From contig JBHIFL010000019.1 of the NCBI GenBank assembly GCA_046761065.1, forward strand, positions 1 to 54,775: 54,775 bases of DNA, read 5' to 3'. The notes below the pieces were generated by a model. The model made no database searches and was not told the origin of the DNA. It saw only the letters and a program-made list of their open reading frames with translations. Each line of letters opens with the position of its first letter. The first letter of the stretch is position 1. The DNA is from Candidatus Heimdallarchaeota archaeon. GTDB taxonomy: Archaea; Asgardarchaeota; Wukongarchaeia; Wukongarchaeales; JBHIFL01. Of the stretch, positions 29,830 to 40,303 are shown piece after piece. The position numbers were made by a program, and so were the translations under genes.

Positions 29830-31047
29830 ATGGTTTCGGAGTTCACAGACAAGGAAACAAATTATGATTTGTCAGAAAGGTATATAGATTCATCATACTT
29901 GGCATCCTATGTGCGACAACTTGAAAAGCGAGTAAAGACCCTCGAAACGGAGAAAAAACTCTTGGATGCTGAACGAATGCGGCTTGAACGCGAATTAAAC
30001 TCTGTAAGAGCCGAATTAGAGCGATTGCGATTACCACCGCTATTTACAGGAACAATGATAGAGGTTTTAGAAGAAGATAAAGGTATTATCAAAAGTTCTA
30101 CAGGCCCAACCTTAGTTGTGCAGATCGCAAAACACCTTCCAAAGGAACTATTACATGCTGGTGCTAGAGTTGCACTAAATCAAAGAAGTTTCGCCCTCAT
30201 GGATGTGCTTCCGACGTCTAAAGATCCAATGGTCTTAGGGATGGAGGTAGAAGAGCGACCAAAGATAACATATAACGACATTGGAGGCCTAAAAGATCAG
30301 ATTCAAGAGATTCGAGAGATGATAGAACTACCGTTACTAAAGCCTCACCTTTTTGAGGAGGTGGGCATTGATCCACCAAAAGGAGTGTTACTCTATGGAT
30401 CCCCAGGAACAGGAAAGACTCTACTGACTAAGGCTGTAGCTCATGAAACAAAAGCAACATTCATTCGAATTATTGGAAGTGAACTTGTTCAGAAGTATAT
30501 AGGTGAAGGCGCCCGTTTAGTTCGTGAAGTTTTCAAAATGGCCGAGGAAAAAACGCCTTCCATTGTTTTTATAGATGAACTTGATGCAATTGGGAGTAAA
30601 CGCCTCGATATGGCAACAAGTGGAGATCGGGAGGTCCAGAGAACTCTTTTGCAATTATTATCCCAAATGGATGGATTTGATCCGAGAGGTGAGGTGAAAA
30701 TGATAGGTGCTACAAATCGACCCGATATGTTAGACTTAGCTCTCCTTCGTCCAGGAAGATTTGATCGTATTATTGAAATTCCAATGCCAGATTCAGAAGC
30801 TCTACAAGAGATCTACAGGATCCATACACGAAAAATGAATATTTCTTCTAATGTCAAAATTTCTGATTTAGCCAATATGAGTAGTAATGCAAGCGGAGCA
30901 GATGTGAAAGCTATAACTACTGAAGCAGGAATGTTCGCAATTAGAGAGGGACGATCAGAAGTCATTTTAGAAGATTTCAAAAAAGCAATTGATAAAGTGT
31001 TAATTAAGAAGAAAATTAGCTCCAAAGAAGTAAGATCATATGTTTAG
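29830..31047 (+). CDS. pan: Proteasome-activating nucleotidase
   Basis: Coiled coil, OB domain, AAA+ GSPGTGKT, SELVQKYIGEG, IDELD, LRPGRFDR, C-terminal HbYX (SYV). Confidence 0.96.
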   Translation: MVSEFTDKETNYDLSERYIDSSYLASYVRQLEKRVKTLETEKKLLDAERMRLERELNSVRAELERLRLPPLFTGTMIEVLEEDKGIIKSSTGPTLVVQIAKHLPKELLHAGARVALNQRSFALMDVLPTSKDPMVLGMEVEERPKITYNDIGGLKDQIQEIREMIELPLLKPHLFEEVGIDPPKGVLLYGSPGTGKTLLTKAVAHETKATFIRIIGSELVQKYIGEGARLVREVFKMAEEKTPSIVFIDELDAIGSKRLDMATSGDREVQRTLLQLLSQMDGFDPRGEVKMIGATNRPDMLDLALLRPGRFDRIIEIPMPDSEALQEIYRIHTRKMNISSNVKISDLANMSSNASGADVKAITTEAGMFAIREGRSEVILEDFKKAIDKVLIKKKISSKEVRSYV

Positions 31048-31152
31048 AACAGAAATAATATTTCACTTACTAGACATGACATGGAGAATGAAATCTATAG
31101 CAACGGGTGGGGGGAAACATGTTACATCATGATACCTTTTTTAATTAAGGTA

Positions 31153-31436
31153 GGGGGTTGGTCAAAATAACATGCTGGGCTAGTGAGGGATGTGATCATC
31201 CCCCATATAGCCCGCGACGCGTTGGCGTCGCATGAATATCGTGATTCTCTCCTCGATTGCTACCTATTTAAGAGCGGCGGTTACCCCGGGATCATCCCTA
31301 CCCCGGAAACCAGGTCGCCCTCCCTTTGATCGGGGCTCGATGCTCTGTGCCTTTGTGTTCAAAGCCCTCCTTGGTCTTCGGTCAGAGAGTGCCCTCCATC
31401 GGGAATTGACCCGGAATCCCCTGCTCCGGGAGTTCT
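31153..31436 (+). mobile_element. Truncated insertion sequence: 5' end and N-terminus of a DDE transposase (IS5/IS1182-like)
   Basis: GC-rich segment; ORF 31232 GRPPFDRGSMLCAFVFKALLGLRSESALHRELTRNPLLREF matches a transposase N-terminal helical domain and stops abruptly. Confidence 0.65.
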
Positions 31437-31544
31437 ACATCGTGGGCAAATTAATTCTTTAAGGACTGGAATGTTACATAAATCACACCAACGAAGAATA
31501 TTCCGCCCATGATAAGGAGCTTCGTTAGCCTTTTTGGGCAACAC
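31428..31544 (-). pseudogene. 5' fragment of an archaeal PAPS-reductase family gene
   Basis: APYHGRNILRWCDLCNIPVL..CPRC resembles the Zn-binding N-terminus of archaeal PAPS reductase-family proteins; truncated against the IS fragment. Confidence 0.6.
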
Positions 31545-32108
31545 ATAAACCTCAACATAACCAGTATAAATATTGTTTTGCTATAAAATTCATTTTTTTC
31601 CAATAGGTATGTTTGACTATTCTGTTACGGGTAGTGTCTTATATGCCAGAGAAATATCAGGTTTTATGGAACTGTGGTAGCCAACCTTTTTACTTAGTTA
31701 TATAAAACTCCAAGAAAACCCAATAAACCCCTATAATGAAATATGAGTTCTGTGACCATTCAGTAAACTAATATATGATGGAAATTGTTTTTTACAGAAA
31801 AAGAGATTCATAAATTGCGGTAATATTTAAGGAGCTTTTTCCTTGTTCTCTTTATGAACAGTTTGCCCCATCTGGTACATTTTAATTGCTTGAACTGGGC
31901 TCAGTAAGTGTATTTATAATAGTATAGTATTGTTTAGAGGAGCAATCCAGATAAAACTTTGGAGATCAAGCTATTTCCGACCATTCATCTCGAGAACGGT
32001 TTTTCGTCGATAAGCTAAAATAATTAAGATCTATAAAAACTTAGAGTGGATTAGAAGATAATTAATGAAGAACTTTAATTTTCAATTTAATTTTGGAAGG
32101 GGAAGCGT

Positions 32109-33407
32109 ATGAGTACACTGTTGCTCCCGGGGAAGCGTGAAGGCATCATTAAAGATCCCATCCATAATTTTATACCTTTTACTGAGATCGAAAGAGAAGT
32201 TATAGACACAGTTCCAGTACAGCGTCTTCGCAGAATAAAACAACTTGCCGGCGTTGAATTTGTTTATCCAGGAGGTGTTCACACAAGACTTGAACATGTT
32301 ATAGGTGCAATGCACCTAGCAGGGTTGATTTCTAGTGAATTATCCATCTCTAATGAAATCAAACTGGCTAAAGATAGTATCCAACTCCTTCGGTTGGCAG
32401 GTCTTTTACATGATGTAGGCCATGGGCCTTTCAGTCATGTTTTCGAGGGAATCCTCGAAAAAGAGGGTAAAACACATGAAGATCTTTCTACGTGGATTAT
32501 AAAGGAGAGTGAAATCAGCGAAATATTGGATCGTAATGGAATCGATTCCATATTATTAAGTAATCTTTCTGTAGGAAAATGTAAAGAGCTTGATCCTCCA
32601 GTGCTCAATCAAATCATTGCGGGTGCTGTGGATGCAGATAAATTGGACTTTATAGTTAGAGATTCCTTTCATACTGGGGCATATTATGGCCATATTGATA
32701 TTTCTCGATTGATTTACCGCATTGGGGTGATAGAGGGCAATTTAGCTGTAGATATATCTGCCTTATCCGTCTTAGAGTCGTTCATCATTGCTCGTCTTAT
32801 GTCATTCAAAAATGTTTATTTTCACCGAGTATCACGTGCCGTTCAATTAATGCTCTTAGACGCGATGTGGAGAGCAAACCAACAAACTAGTTTTTTGAAG
32901 ATAGATGACCTTGAGGACTTCTTATCCCTTGATGACATACAAGTCTGGGCGACATTAAAAAACACTGATGGCTCAAAAGAAATAATAAAACGAATCGAGA
33001 GGAGGGATTTGCTGAAAACGGCATATGAGAAGGAGTTTCGCACCCAAGATGATTTTGTTACACAATTATTAACCTCTGAAACCGTTCGAGAGAAACTAAT
33101 AGATGAAATTGCGGAAATGGCAGACGTATCAACCTCGCATATTTACATTGATGTTCCTACTGTCCCGTCTGTTCCTTATTCAAGTCATTTGGCAGAGCCA
33201 TATGATATCCTTTTGATGTCTAGACTAAAGAATTATAATAACAGGAAAAAATTGACCCTTAGGCAGTACTCACCAGTAATTGATATCCTTAGAGGTATTT
33301 TGAGTATTGTTCGGATTTATACACTTAAAGAACATCGGGAGATAGTAGGAAAAGCAGCTGAGCAAATATTCGGGGAACCGGCCTATACTACAAGGATCTC
33401 TATGTAA
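32109..33407 (+). CDS. HD-domain phosphohydrolase (dNTP triphosphohydrolase/SAMHD1-like)
   Basis: IKDPIH..QRLRRIKQL..HTRLEH..LLHDVGHGPFSH..DADKLDFIVRD. Confidence 0.92.
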   Translation: MSTLLLPGKREGIIKDPIHNFIPFTEIEREVIDTVPVQRLRRIKQLAGVEFVYPGGVHTRLEHVIGAMHLAGLISSELSISNEIKLAKDSIQLLRLAGLLHDVGHGPFSHVFEGILEKEGKTHEDLSTWIIKESEISEILDRNGIDSILLSNLSVGKCKELDPPVLNQIIAGAVDADKLDFIVRDSFHTGAYYGHIDISRLIYRIGVIEGNLAVDISALSVLESFIIARLMSFKNVYFHRVSRAVQLMLLDAMWRANQQTSFLKIDDLEDFLSLDDIQVWATLKNTDGSKEIIKRIERRDLLKTAYEKEFRTQDDFVTQLLTSETVREKLIDEIAEMADVSTSHIYIDVPTVPSVPYSSHLAEPYDILLMSRLKNYNNRKKLTLRQYSPVIDILRGILSIVRIYTLKEHREIVGKAAEQIFGEPAYTTRISM

Positions 33408-33465
33408 TAAAATATAAGAAATTGTAGTATATTTGATGACCTTCCACAATTCATGCTCATGTGAA

Positions 33466-33855
33466 TTAAGAATGGTCTGTAGAGGATTGTTGAATATTTC
33501 CAGATTCAAGGATCGTAGTCATGATCTTTAAAAGGGTATGTTGATCTGTCTGGTATTTTTCATTAAGGGTTACTGACACTAATACCATCTTACCAGTTTC
33601 TGCAGCTGTTCTTTCCGCGATTGCTCTTGCAAAGAACTCAAATTTCCCTCCAAATAGAGCTACAGATTCACTATGTTTCATTCCTTCGAGATTTAGCGCT
33701 GGAGTTGCAAGACAGATCGTTCCAAGAGCAACAGGCTTCTCTGTGATAAGGATTATAACTGCATTTGAAAGATTTAGTAATTTGACGTATATTTCTTCAT
33801 CTTCAATGCGAATCATTTTTGTCATTTCTTCGAATGGCAATTTGTAATCTTCCAA
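33466..33855 (-). CDS. Hypothetical protein, possibly proteasome assembly chaperone (PAC3/PAC4)-like
   Basis: LGTICLATP..LFGGK..ARAIAERTAAETGKMVLVSV pattern. Confidence 0.5.
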   Translation of the reverse strand: MEDYKLPFEEMTKMIRIEDEEIYVKLLNLSNAVIILITEKPVALGTICLATPALNLEGMKHSESVALFGGKFEFFARAIAERTAAETGKMVLVSVTLNEKYQTDQHTLLKIMTTILESGNIQQSSTDHS

Positions 33856-34227
33856 TTGATTAAATGTATGTCGACATTTTAGGAATTATTTTAAATGAAT
33901 CTGTAATTGCTCGAATTACAAAAATAACTCTATTAAGACTCTTTGAGTTATCAAAATGCAAAATGAATTATACCTTTTACAATACACACCTCTTACAATA
34001 ACCTTGGAAAAAATTTGAGTATGTTAAGAAGCAACATTGAACTACATTATAATTTAGGATAATCATAGCCTATATATGTATAACCTTCTTACGCAACATA
34101 AGAATTGATGAAGAAACTGTTATCCTTTGGTAATATCAAGATCTTGTCCAAAAGACACAGTTTATAGAGAGAAAAAGGATAAAAAAAGAATTATAATCAA
34201 TACCCTTTTGAGTATATACATAATGCT

Positions 34228-34668
34228 TTGGGGCGAAATAATGTGATTAAACCGCACTTTCCATGGATTCCTGGTTTTCATCGGCCTCCATTCCAATTCA
34301 AGAGGCCAACTATTCGAATTACAACGGAAATGCCTGAAAATTACATATTAATTGGCCTTCTGATATTGGTGTTCTTTTTAATAGGTGGAGGAGTCTATGA
34401 CTTACTCGAGAGACCCCCGCCGATGGGAATCGGCCAATATCAAGCACCACAACCCCTTTATCCAGAGTTAAGTAGACAATTCTTACTTGAAAGTTTGATT
34501 GCAACTTCATTTTTTGCCATAGGTGCAGTAGGTTTTGTGCTTTTGCACTGGTCCATGCGTTATGCTTACGATACTAGTTATGCAACAAGCTTGATGTTTT
34601 TAGGCTTCGTCATGATTCTCATTGGGTTTTTAGGCGCTCAAGTAATGATAAATGCTAAATTAGGGTGA
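34228..34668 (+). CDS. Oligosaccharyltransferase subunit OST3/OST6 (OSTC/DC2)-like membrane protein
   Basis: FFLIGGGVYDLLERPPPMG..LSRQFLLESLIATSFFAIGAVGF matches the OSTC pattern; three TM segments. Confidence 0.8.
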   Translation: MGRNNVIKPHFPWIPGFHRPPFQFKRPTIRITTEMPENYILIGLLILVFFLIGGGVYDLLERPPPMGIGQYQAPQPLYPELSRQFLLESLIATSFFAIGAVGFVLLHWSMRYAYDTSYATSLMFLGFVMILIGFLGAQVMINAKLG

Positions 34669-35106
34669 TCTACTCTATTCAACCGGCCGATACTTCATGC
34701 GAATGTTACCATCCGACAACTATTGACCTCTTATAATCCGTATTCCAAGTTGTAGTGCTTACTATTATTCCAGATATAAGATACTTGGCCAAATGAGTGA
34801 GCTGACACAAGAACTAGTACTCCGGTTTTGTTAGTCATTGCAACTAATTTTTCTGCACCAAATACCAAATATTTTATTAGCCTCCCGTGATAGTATCTTC
34901 CAGATGATTTTACTCTGAGTTGGTGATTCATCTCCTTATCGTTAAAAAGATTCTTCTCGCCATTTTCAGATAAGAATCAGTTTCTTCACAAAATTATACT
35001 TGCAACCGTCGAGGCTTTTATCAACTTTACATTTCGACCAAGTTCCATTCAATACTCCAAATAAATATGACATTGTTGTTCATTTGAATATTAGAAGAAT
35101 ATTTAC

Positions 35107-35784
35107 TCATTTTACATTGTTTAAAGGTAAGAGGCCTTTTTCATTTATATAAAAGTACCTTTTTCCCCCAAAACCAGATGGATTGATGATTTTTGCACCC
35201 CTATATCTCTCACCTTCAATTGTAAAATGAATAGATAGATCTGAATATGGATTTATTAAAAAAGCAACAGCTGGGACCTCTTCTTTGCTATTGAAATCCC
35301 TGAAAGTTGCCTGATTTATCAGAATGGTACTACAATTATTTTTTTTACACAACAAAGACAATACTGCAAGTTGATAAGTTAGTAATTGAACGTATCGAAT
35401 TCTTTCCTGTTCAAGAATAGGAAGCGGTCGAAGAAAAGCAGAAATAGTATCGATACAGATCAATGTTATATTTTTTCCCAACTTAAATATGTTATCAATG
35501 AGCTTCGTTTGTTCCCAAAGATTTTTGGGAGTTACGAGTAGAACGTTATCCAAAATTTTCTTATCTGGCCCAACAACCTCAGAAAACCTTTTCTTGTTGA
35601 AATTTTTTGCAGTATCAATAAAAAAGGCTTTTCTACCCATATTTCCAATCCTAGCAGTGGTTTGTAAAGCAAATGTGGATTTACATGTTCCACTCCTGCC
35701 ATAAATGTGAATTATCTTTCCTAAAGGAAACCCACATTCAAATAAGGAATCTAATGCTGGATCATTTAATATCAAAGAATTCAC
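35107..35784 (-). CDS. radB: RadB-like RecA-family ATPase
   Basis: LDSLFECGFPLG..YGRSGTCKS..FIDT..ICIDTI..LINQ; lacks the RadA N-terminal domain. Confidence 0.8.
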   Translation of the reverse strand: MNSLILNDPALDSLFECGFPLGKIIHIYGRSGTCKSTFALQTTARIGNMGRKAFFIDTAKNFNKKRFSEVVGPDKKILDNVLLVTPKNLWEQTKLIDNIFKLGKNITLICIDTISAFLRPLPILEQERIRYVQLLTYQLAVLSLLCKKNNCSTILINQATFRDFNSKEEVPAVAFLINPYSDLSIHFTIEGERYRGAKIINPSGFGGKRYFYINEKGLLPLNNVK

Positions 35785-35949
35785 AATTTACGCCTCAAAT
35801 AAAAAAATTTGGAACCAAATACTCATAAATTGTCAGACTGAGGAAAGGGAATACTTTTTATTAAATACAAGAATCTTACATCAAGCATTGATAGCTTGAT
35901 ACATGATGATCCGAATGCGGGAAAAATAAAATAAGAAGACGATGACCTT

Positions 35950-36759
35950 ATGAAAAACAAATTCTTACCATTTCGAGAGAATAAGAAAATTGGGATATTG
36001 ATAGATGATTTTCGAATTTTATATAATCTTATAAACGAAATAACATCCTGGGGATTTAATTTTGAGTTTTTAAATATTAATGAACCCATTCCTAAAGGGT
36101 TGTCTATTATTTTAACATCCCAAAAAGCTCTAAAATCAATCACATTGGAGAAAGAAATCCAGATAATAAGAGTATCCAAAGATATGAAAAATGTGATAAT
36201 TTCTTTACTACTGAACATTGCTAATAAGAAACTTTTTAATCAAGTTATAATTGGCATAGACCCTGGAGTTTCAACTGGTATTGCTGTTATTGCAGATGGT
36301 TGCATTTTATTTGCGGAAGTGGTTTCAGAGGTCGAATTAGTTCAAAGGATCCTTGAACTATTGGATAAGTTTCCTGCCAAGAGTCAAATTGTCAAAATAG
36401 GTGATGGTGTGATCTCTGAACAATTTTTCATGAGTCTTTTTCAACAAATCCCATCTCATGTTGTAATTCAAAAAGTAGATGAATCTAGGAGTTCAAAGCA
36501 ACTGTTGTCAGGATCAATCATTCTAAACAAAGATCAAGGAGCAGCTATTCGGATAGCTAAGAGAAAAGGAACACAAATAAAGTTTCCTCCCAAATCTAAA
36601 ATTTCTTTGGGCATGATTCGTGAAACTCAGAATCAATCAAGAAAAATATCGGGAGGAAACTTTACGATTTCAAGATCCTTGGCAAGAAGAGTTTGTAGGG
36701 GTGAATTTACAATAAATGAGGCAGTAAGAAAATTTAAAAACCAGTTAAAGCTTGAATGA
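35950..36759 (+). CDS. Conserved archaeal protein with RNase H-like (YqgF-type) domain
   Basis: IIGIDPGVSTGIA..VKIGDG..VDESRSS..DQGAAIRIA. Confidence 0.75.
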   Translation: MKNKFLPFRENKKIGILIDDFRILYNLINEITSWGFNFEFLNINEPIPKGLSIILTSQKALKSITLEKEIQIIRVSKDMKNVIISLLLNIANKKLFNQVIIGIDPGVSTGIAVIADGCILFAEVVSEVELVQRILELLDKFPAKSQIVKIGDGVISEQFFMSLFQQIPSHVVIQKVDESRSSKQLLSGSIILNKDQGAAIRIAKRKGTQIKFPPKSKISLGMIRETQNQSRKISGGNFTISRSLARRVCRGEFTINEAVRKFKNQLKLE

Positions 36760-37167
36760 GATTATCTACGCTTAAGTTCCATTAGGAGATAAGTAAAAGT
36801 TAGAACGCTATAAATTAAGTATTTATGATCTTTTATCATTCGATTATTTAGGATTTCTGACTATTATGAACTACTCTTAAGACCTCTTGTTTATTTTGAT
36901 TGTCTATCTTGAACTGGTTTCAACTGAATATTCTTTATAAGACTTGATAAACATGTTACGGCGTTATCCTTAAATAAAAGAGCATTATATACATTCTATT
37001 TACTATTATTAAGCACAAACGCTTGCAAAATCCTATAAAAGCTTAAGAAAACATTTAGTTGGGCAGACTATCTAAAAAAAGGATTAAAAATTCAATTGTT
37101 TCTTCTTAATTTGAATAACATATGGAATAAAATTCTTAAAGGATAATGAAAAGAAGATATCTAAACT

Positions 37168-37310
37168 GCGGGGGTCTCCGAGCCTAAGATTAAAATGTAA
37201 ATCTTCTCGAAAGGTCAAAGGAGTGGGGTTCAGGTCCCCATGGCGTAGGCCTTCGAGGGTTCAAAAAAGATAACGATTGTTCTCTCTTGAAATTCCCTCC
37301 CCCCGCACCA
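37168..37310 (+). tRNA. tRNA-Leu(CAG) with two BHB introns (37185-37211 at 17/17a; 37266-37293 at 59/60); CCA encoded
   Basis: TGGGG-TT-CAG-GT-CCCCA with long variable arm. D-loop BHB: CGAG-CCT-AAGATT..AATCTT-CTCG-AAA. T-loop BHB: TTCA-AAA..TGAA-ATT. Confidence 0.93.
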
Positions 37311-37369
37311 CTTACTTATTATTGAAATAAACCGTGAAAAATTAATGAAAACATCCTTTTTTTACTCAT

Positions 37370-40090
37370 TTAATGTCTAAGATCAGGAGGAATAATTAAT
37401 CTACCTCCAGCAACAATACGCCACCGTTTTTCTTTCGAAACTCTGTTATTTCTTTCTTTTATGAAATTAACAACCTCTTCTAAGGAAACCCCAAGTTCAT
37501 TAGCTAACTCTTCTATAGATTGAACACCCCGAAGTTGGGTTGAAACGGCTAAAAGATCCGGTAAATTTTCAAACGACAATTTGGATGGGCTTTCTATTGG
37601 TTGTTGAATTGGTTTGCTAACTTCATCAGATACGATTTCAACAGGTGTTTCTGTTGTTTGTGGTTCGTATGCAGAAGCGCGCTTTCTTCGAATAAGAAAG
37701 AAGGTTGTACCTAAGAATAAAAAAACGACCCCTATACCCCCAAAAATCAGAGAAGGTTGATCCAGGTCATAAATAAAGGGAAATTGGTCTTTATATTTAT
37801 CATTCGCAACCTTGGAAGTTGTTTCATCCGATGACAGCGGAGAAGCCTCAATAATGTTGACGATTTTTGTACTGGAAGCTAGAACTTGACCTTCCCAATA
37901 AGCGATAGCAGTGATATTTACTGTTGAAACACTTGGTATATTTTGATTTATGGTGAGAGTCAATGTTCCGTTTGTTGGTGTAACCCTCTCCGCAATCTTC
38001 TTATCATTCACATATATTTTAATCAGGACTCCTTCCACTGGTTGAATTGCGGAATTGCTCATTGAAGGATGTGTTTTCAATGGACTTTTGAATTGTATAA
38101 TTACATTATTTTGATCATCTTGGGTGATATTCTCAGGTATAATAAGATCCAATGTAAATTCACAAGGAAGGATTTGCAGGGTCATATTTTTGGGGAGAAA
38201 TACATATCCTTCCGCAAACACTTGAATCACAATGGTATAATTACCGGGAGTTGAATTCGCTCTGAAACTTGCGACATATTGTTGGTCTGAATGTTTGTAA
38301 ATCGCAGACCCATTTCCTTTGGCCCATGAGTAGGTCACTTTGGCATTTTCTATTAGAGACTTTTTTGTATAGTCAAAACAACGAATAATTAAGAAATATT
38401 CACTAAGAAAATAAGTTGTGTTCCCTGATAGAATCTTAAATATAGCCCAATTCGTTGTTAAAGCAAAGGGATGGGTGCGGATGCCTACTCGAAATTGTGA
38501 TATTATCTTTACTGTTAACGTATAATTTCCTCGAGCCATTGTCTCGTTTAACTTAATAGTGATTGATAGACGATCAGTATTCATTGGAATGTTTTCCGTC
38601 CAGAGCACTTCATCATTAGAAGAATTTACAACTTGAATTGATATATTCTCATTTAAAGGATGGAGTAATGTAACATTCAATGGCAATCCAATTGTATGAT
38701 TTGTCAAATCCGGTGCTTCAAGACCTTTAATGTAATTTGGACTGTAAGCTTTAAGTATGTAGGCACCCGATTTTACATACGGTTCTTTGAGGTTAATAGA
38801 AAGTTTATTAGTGCGTTGTTCTATTATAGCATTATCTATCTGTTCGTTTTCATTTTTATCAATCAGAGAGAGGGCATTCCATTCTGGTGGAGCATAAATA
38901 TGGATCTTGTAAAGATTTATTTCACTGCTTGTAGGGTTGATTACTTTGAATTTCACATTCCACCCAACTACCAACTCATCAACATAATAGTAGTCTGAGT
39001 TGTAACTAAGATTATCTTGGAAAAATCTGATGTCGAAATATAGTTTCCCATCCAAGTCGAATTTTGTATTATCATACCTTAAAGAACCAATTGTAAACCA
39101 TATTAGGTCTTGATTCACTCCCCCCCTAATATTAATTGTGTTTTTATCGAATAAAAGGCCATTTATAGTGAGTTGTGCCTCACCAGGGTCAATTTCTGTT
39201 TTTAATGAAATATTATCTATTAAGAGATGTAATTTATAAGGATTATATGCAAGAGATTCCACTCTTATCTCATTAAGGTTGAAATAGGAAGGTAAGCTAG
39301 ACTCTGTGTACATGTTTTGCTGAAGGAGCGCTTCTGATATGTCAATTGGTCCAATATCATACCACCCAGTTCCCCAAGAAGCATTAATTAAAAAATGGAG
39401 ATAATGTTCACTGCCTAAAGTCGTGTTATAGGAAAAGGGTGTAGGACTTTTAGCAAAGAGAAAAAATATTACATCAAACCCATCAAAATCAAATGCTATA
39501 TCCAAATTCACATTTGATTGATTAATAAAGGCATTTTCCCACGCATTAGAAAAGGAAAAAGAAATTTCTGTTTTATCTTCTGGAACAGATGTATCTGCAT
39601 AGTAGTCCACAACCCATTGAACTTGGGATGTATCGACATCAAAAAAGTAACAATACTCATCGTAACGTGGTTCATAACCCCAGACATTATCGATGCCAAT
39701 AATTTCTGGTTCTGCAGAATCACCTTCGCCTTGATATTCCATATCAGTCCAATGCTCAAGCCGATTATCCTCTGCATTTCCATTGACAACACTGTCAATA
39801 GTTAAATTACTTGTACGGATTACTCCTTGATATAACTCCCCAAATGCAGGAATCTGGTATGTCTTGAAATGAAGACCCTTGGATTGGCCATACTTAACTT
39901 CTTCTGAAATTTCAATAGAAAAAGAGGTCGAATCGTTTTTCACCAATAGATTAGAAAGCTCTTTAGTTTTTAAAACACTTTTTGGGAGGATTTTGTTATT
40001 TTGATTCTCTAAAACAAACAGAGATGTTCCTTCAAGGGGGTGAAGACAAATAATAAGGATGACGAACAGAATTCCTTTTTCTCGCATCAT
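37370..40090 (-). CDS. Large single-pass cell-surface protein (signal peptide, beta-rich repeats, C-terminal TM, cytoplasmic HTH-like tail)
   Basis: Hydrophobic N-terminus; many N-x-S/T sequons; TM LIFGGIGVVFLFLGTTFFLI-RRKR; tail SIEELANELGVSLEEV. Confidence 0.8.
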   Translation of the reverse strand: MMREKGILFVILIICLHPLEGTSLFVLENQNNKILPKSVLKTKELSNLLVKNDSTSFSIEISEEVKYGQSKGLHFKTYQIPAFGELYQGVIRTSNLTIDSVVNGNAEDNRLEHWTDMEYQGEGDSAEPEIIGIDNVWGYEPRYDEYCYFFDVDTSQVQWVVDYYADTSVPEDKTEISFSFSNAWENAFINQSNVNLDIAFDFDGFDVIFFLFAKSPTPFSYNTTLGSEHYLHFLINASWGTGWYDIGPIDISEALLQQNMYTESSLPSYFNLNEIRVESLAYNPYKLHLLIDNISLKTEIDPGEAQLTINGLLFDKNTINIRGGVNQDLIWFTIGSLRYDNTKFDLDGKLYFDIRFFQDNLSYNSDYYYVDELVVGWNVKFKVINPTSSEINLYKIHIYAPPEWNALSLIDKNENEQIDNAIIEQRTNKLSINLKEPYVKSGAYILKAYSPNYIKGLEAPDLTNHTIGLPLNVTLLHPLNENISIQVVNSSNDEVLWTENIPMNTDRLSITIKLNETMARGNYTLTVKIISQFRVGIRTHPFALTTNWAIFKILSGNTTYFLSEYFLIIRCFDYTKKSLIENAKVTYSWAKGNGSAIYKHSDQQYVASFRANSTPGNYTIVIQVFAEGYVFLPKNMTLQILPCEFTLDLIIPENITQDDQNNVIIQFKSPLKTHPSMSNSAIQPVEGVLIKIYVNDKKIAERVTPTNGTLTLTINQNIPSVSTVNITAIAYWEGQVLASSTKIVNIIEASPLSSDETTSKVANDKYKDQFPFIYDLDQPSLIFGGIGVVFLFLGTTFFLIRRKRASAYEPQTTETPVEIVSDEVSKPIQQPIESPSKLSFENLPDLLAVSTQLRGVQSIEELANELGVSLEEVVNFIKERNNRVSKEKRWRIVAGGRLIIPPDLRH

Positions 40091-40303
40091 ATAACCCTTA
40101 TTTTGTTCCTATGAAAGTTTAAAAAGACCATCCATGTATTGAGATGAAACACTCTTAAAAGAAATTAAGACAATAAATCAATCAAGAGAAGATGCAATTC
40201 CCATTAAAAGTGAGAATTTCGAAAAACTATTAATAAGAAGTTTTCTCCCAAAAAAAGGAAACCCTTTCCCTGATCACTTGTTGATAACTTGTGTAACCAA
40301 TGT

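Noticed and set aside
34731-34965. Short minus-strand ORF as a real gene
   Set aside because: Only weak resemblance to 33466-33855 and interrupted frames; at best a relic.
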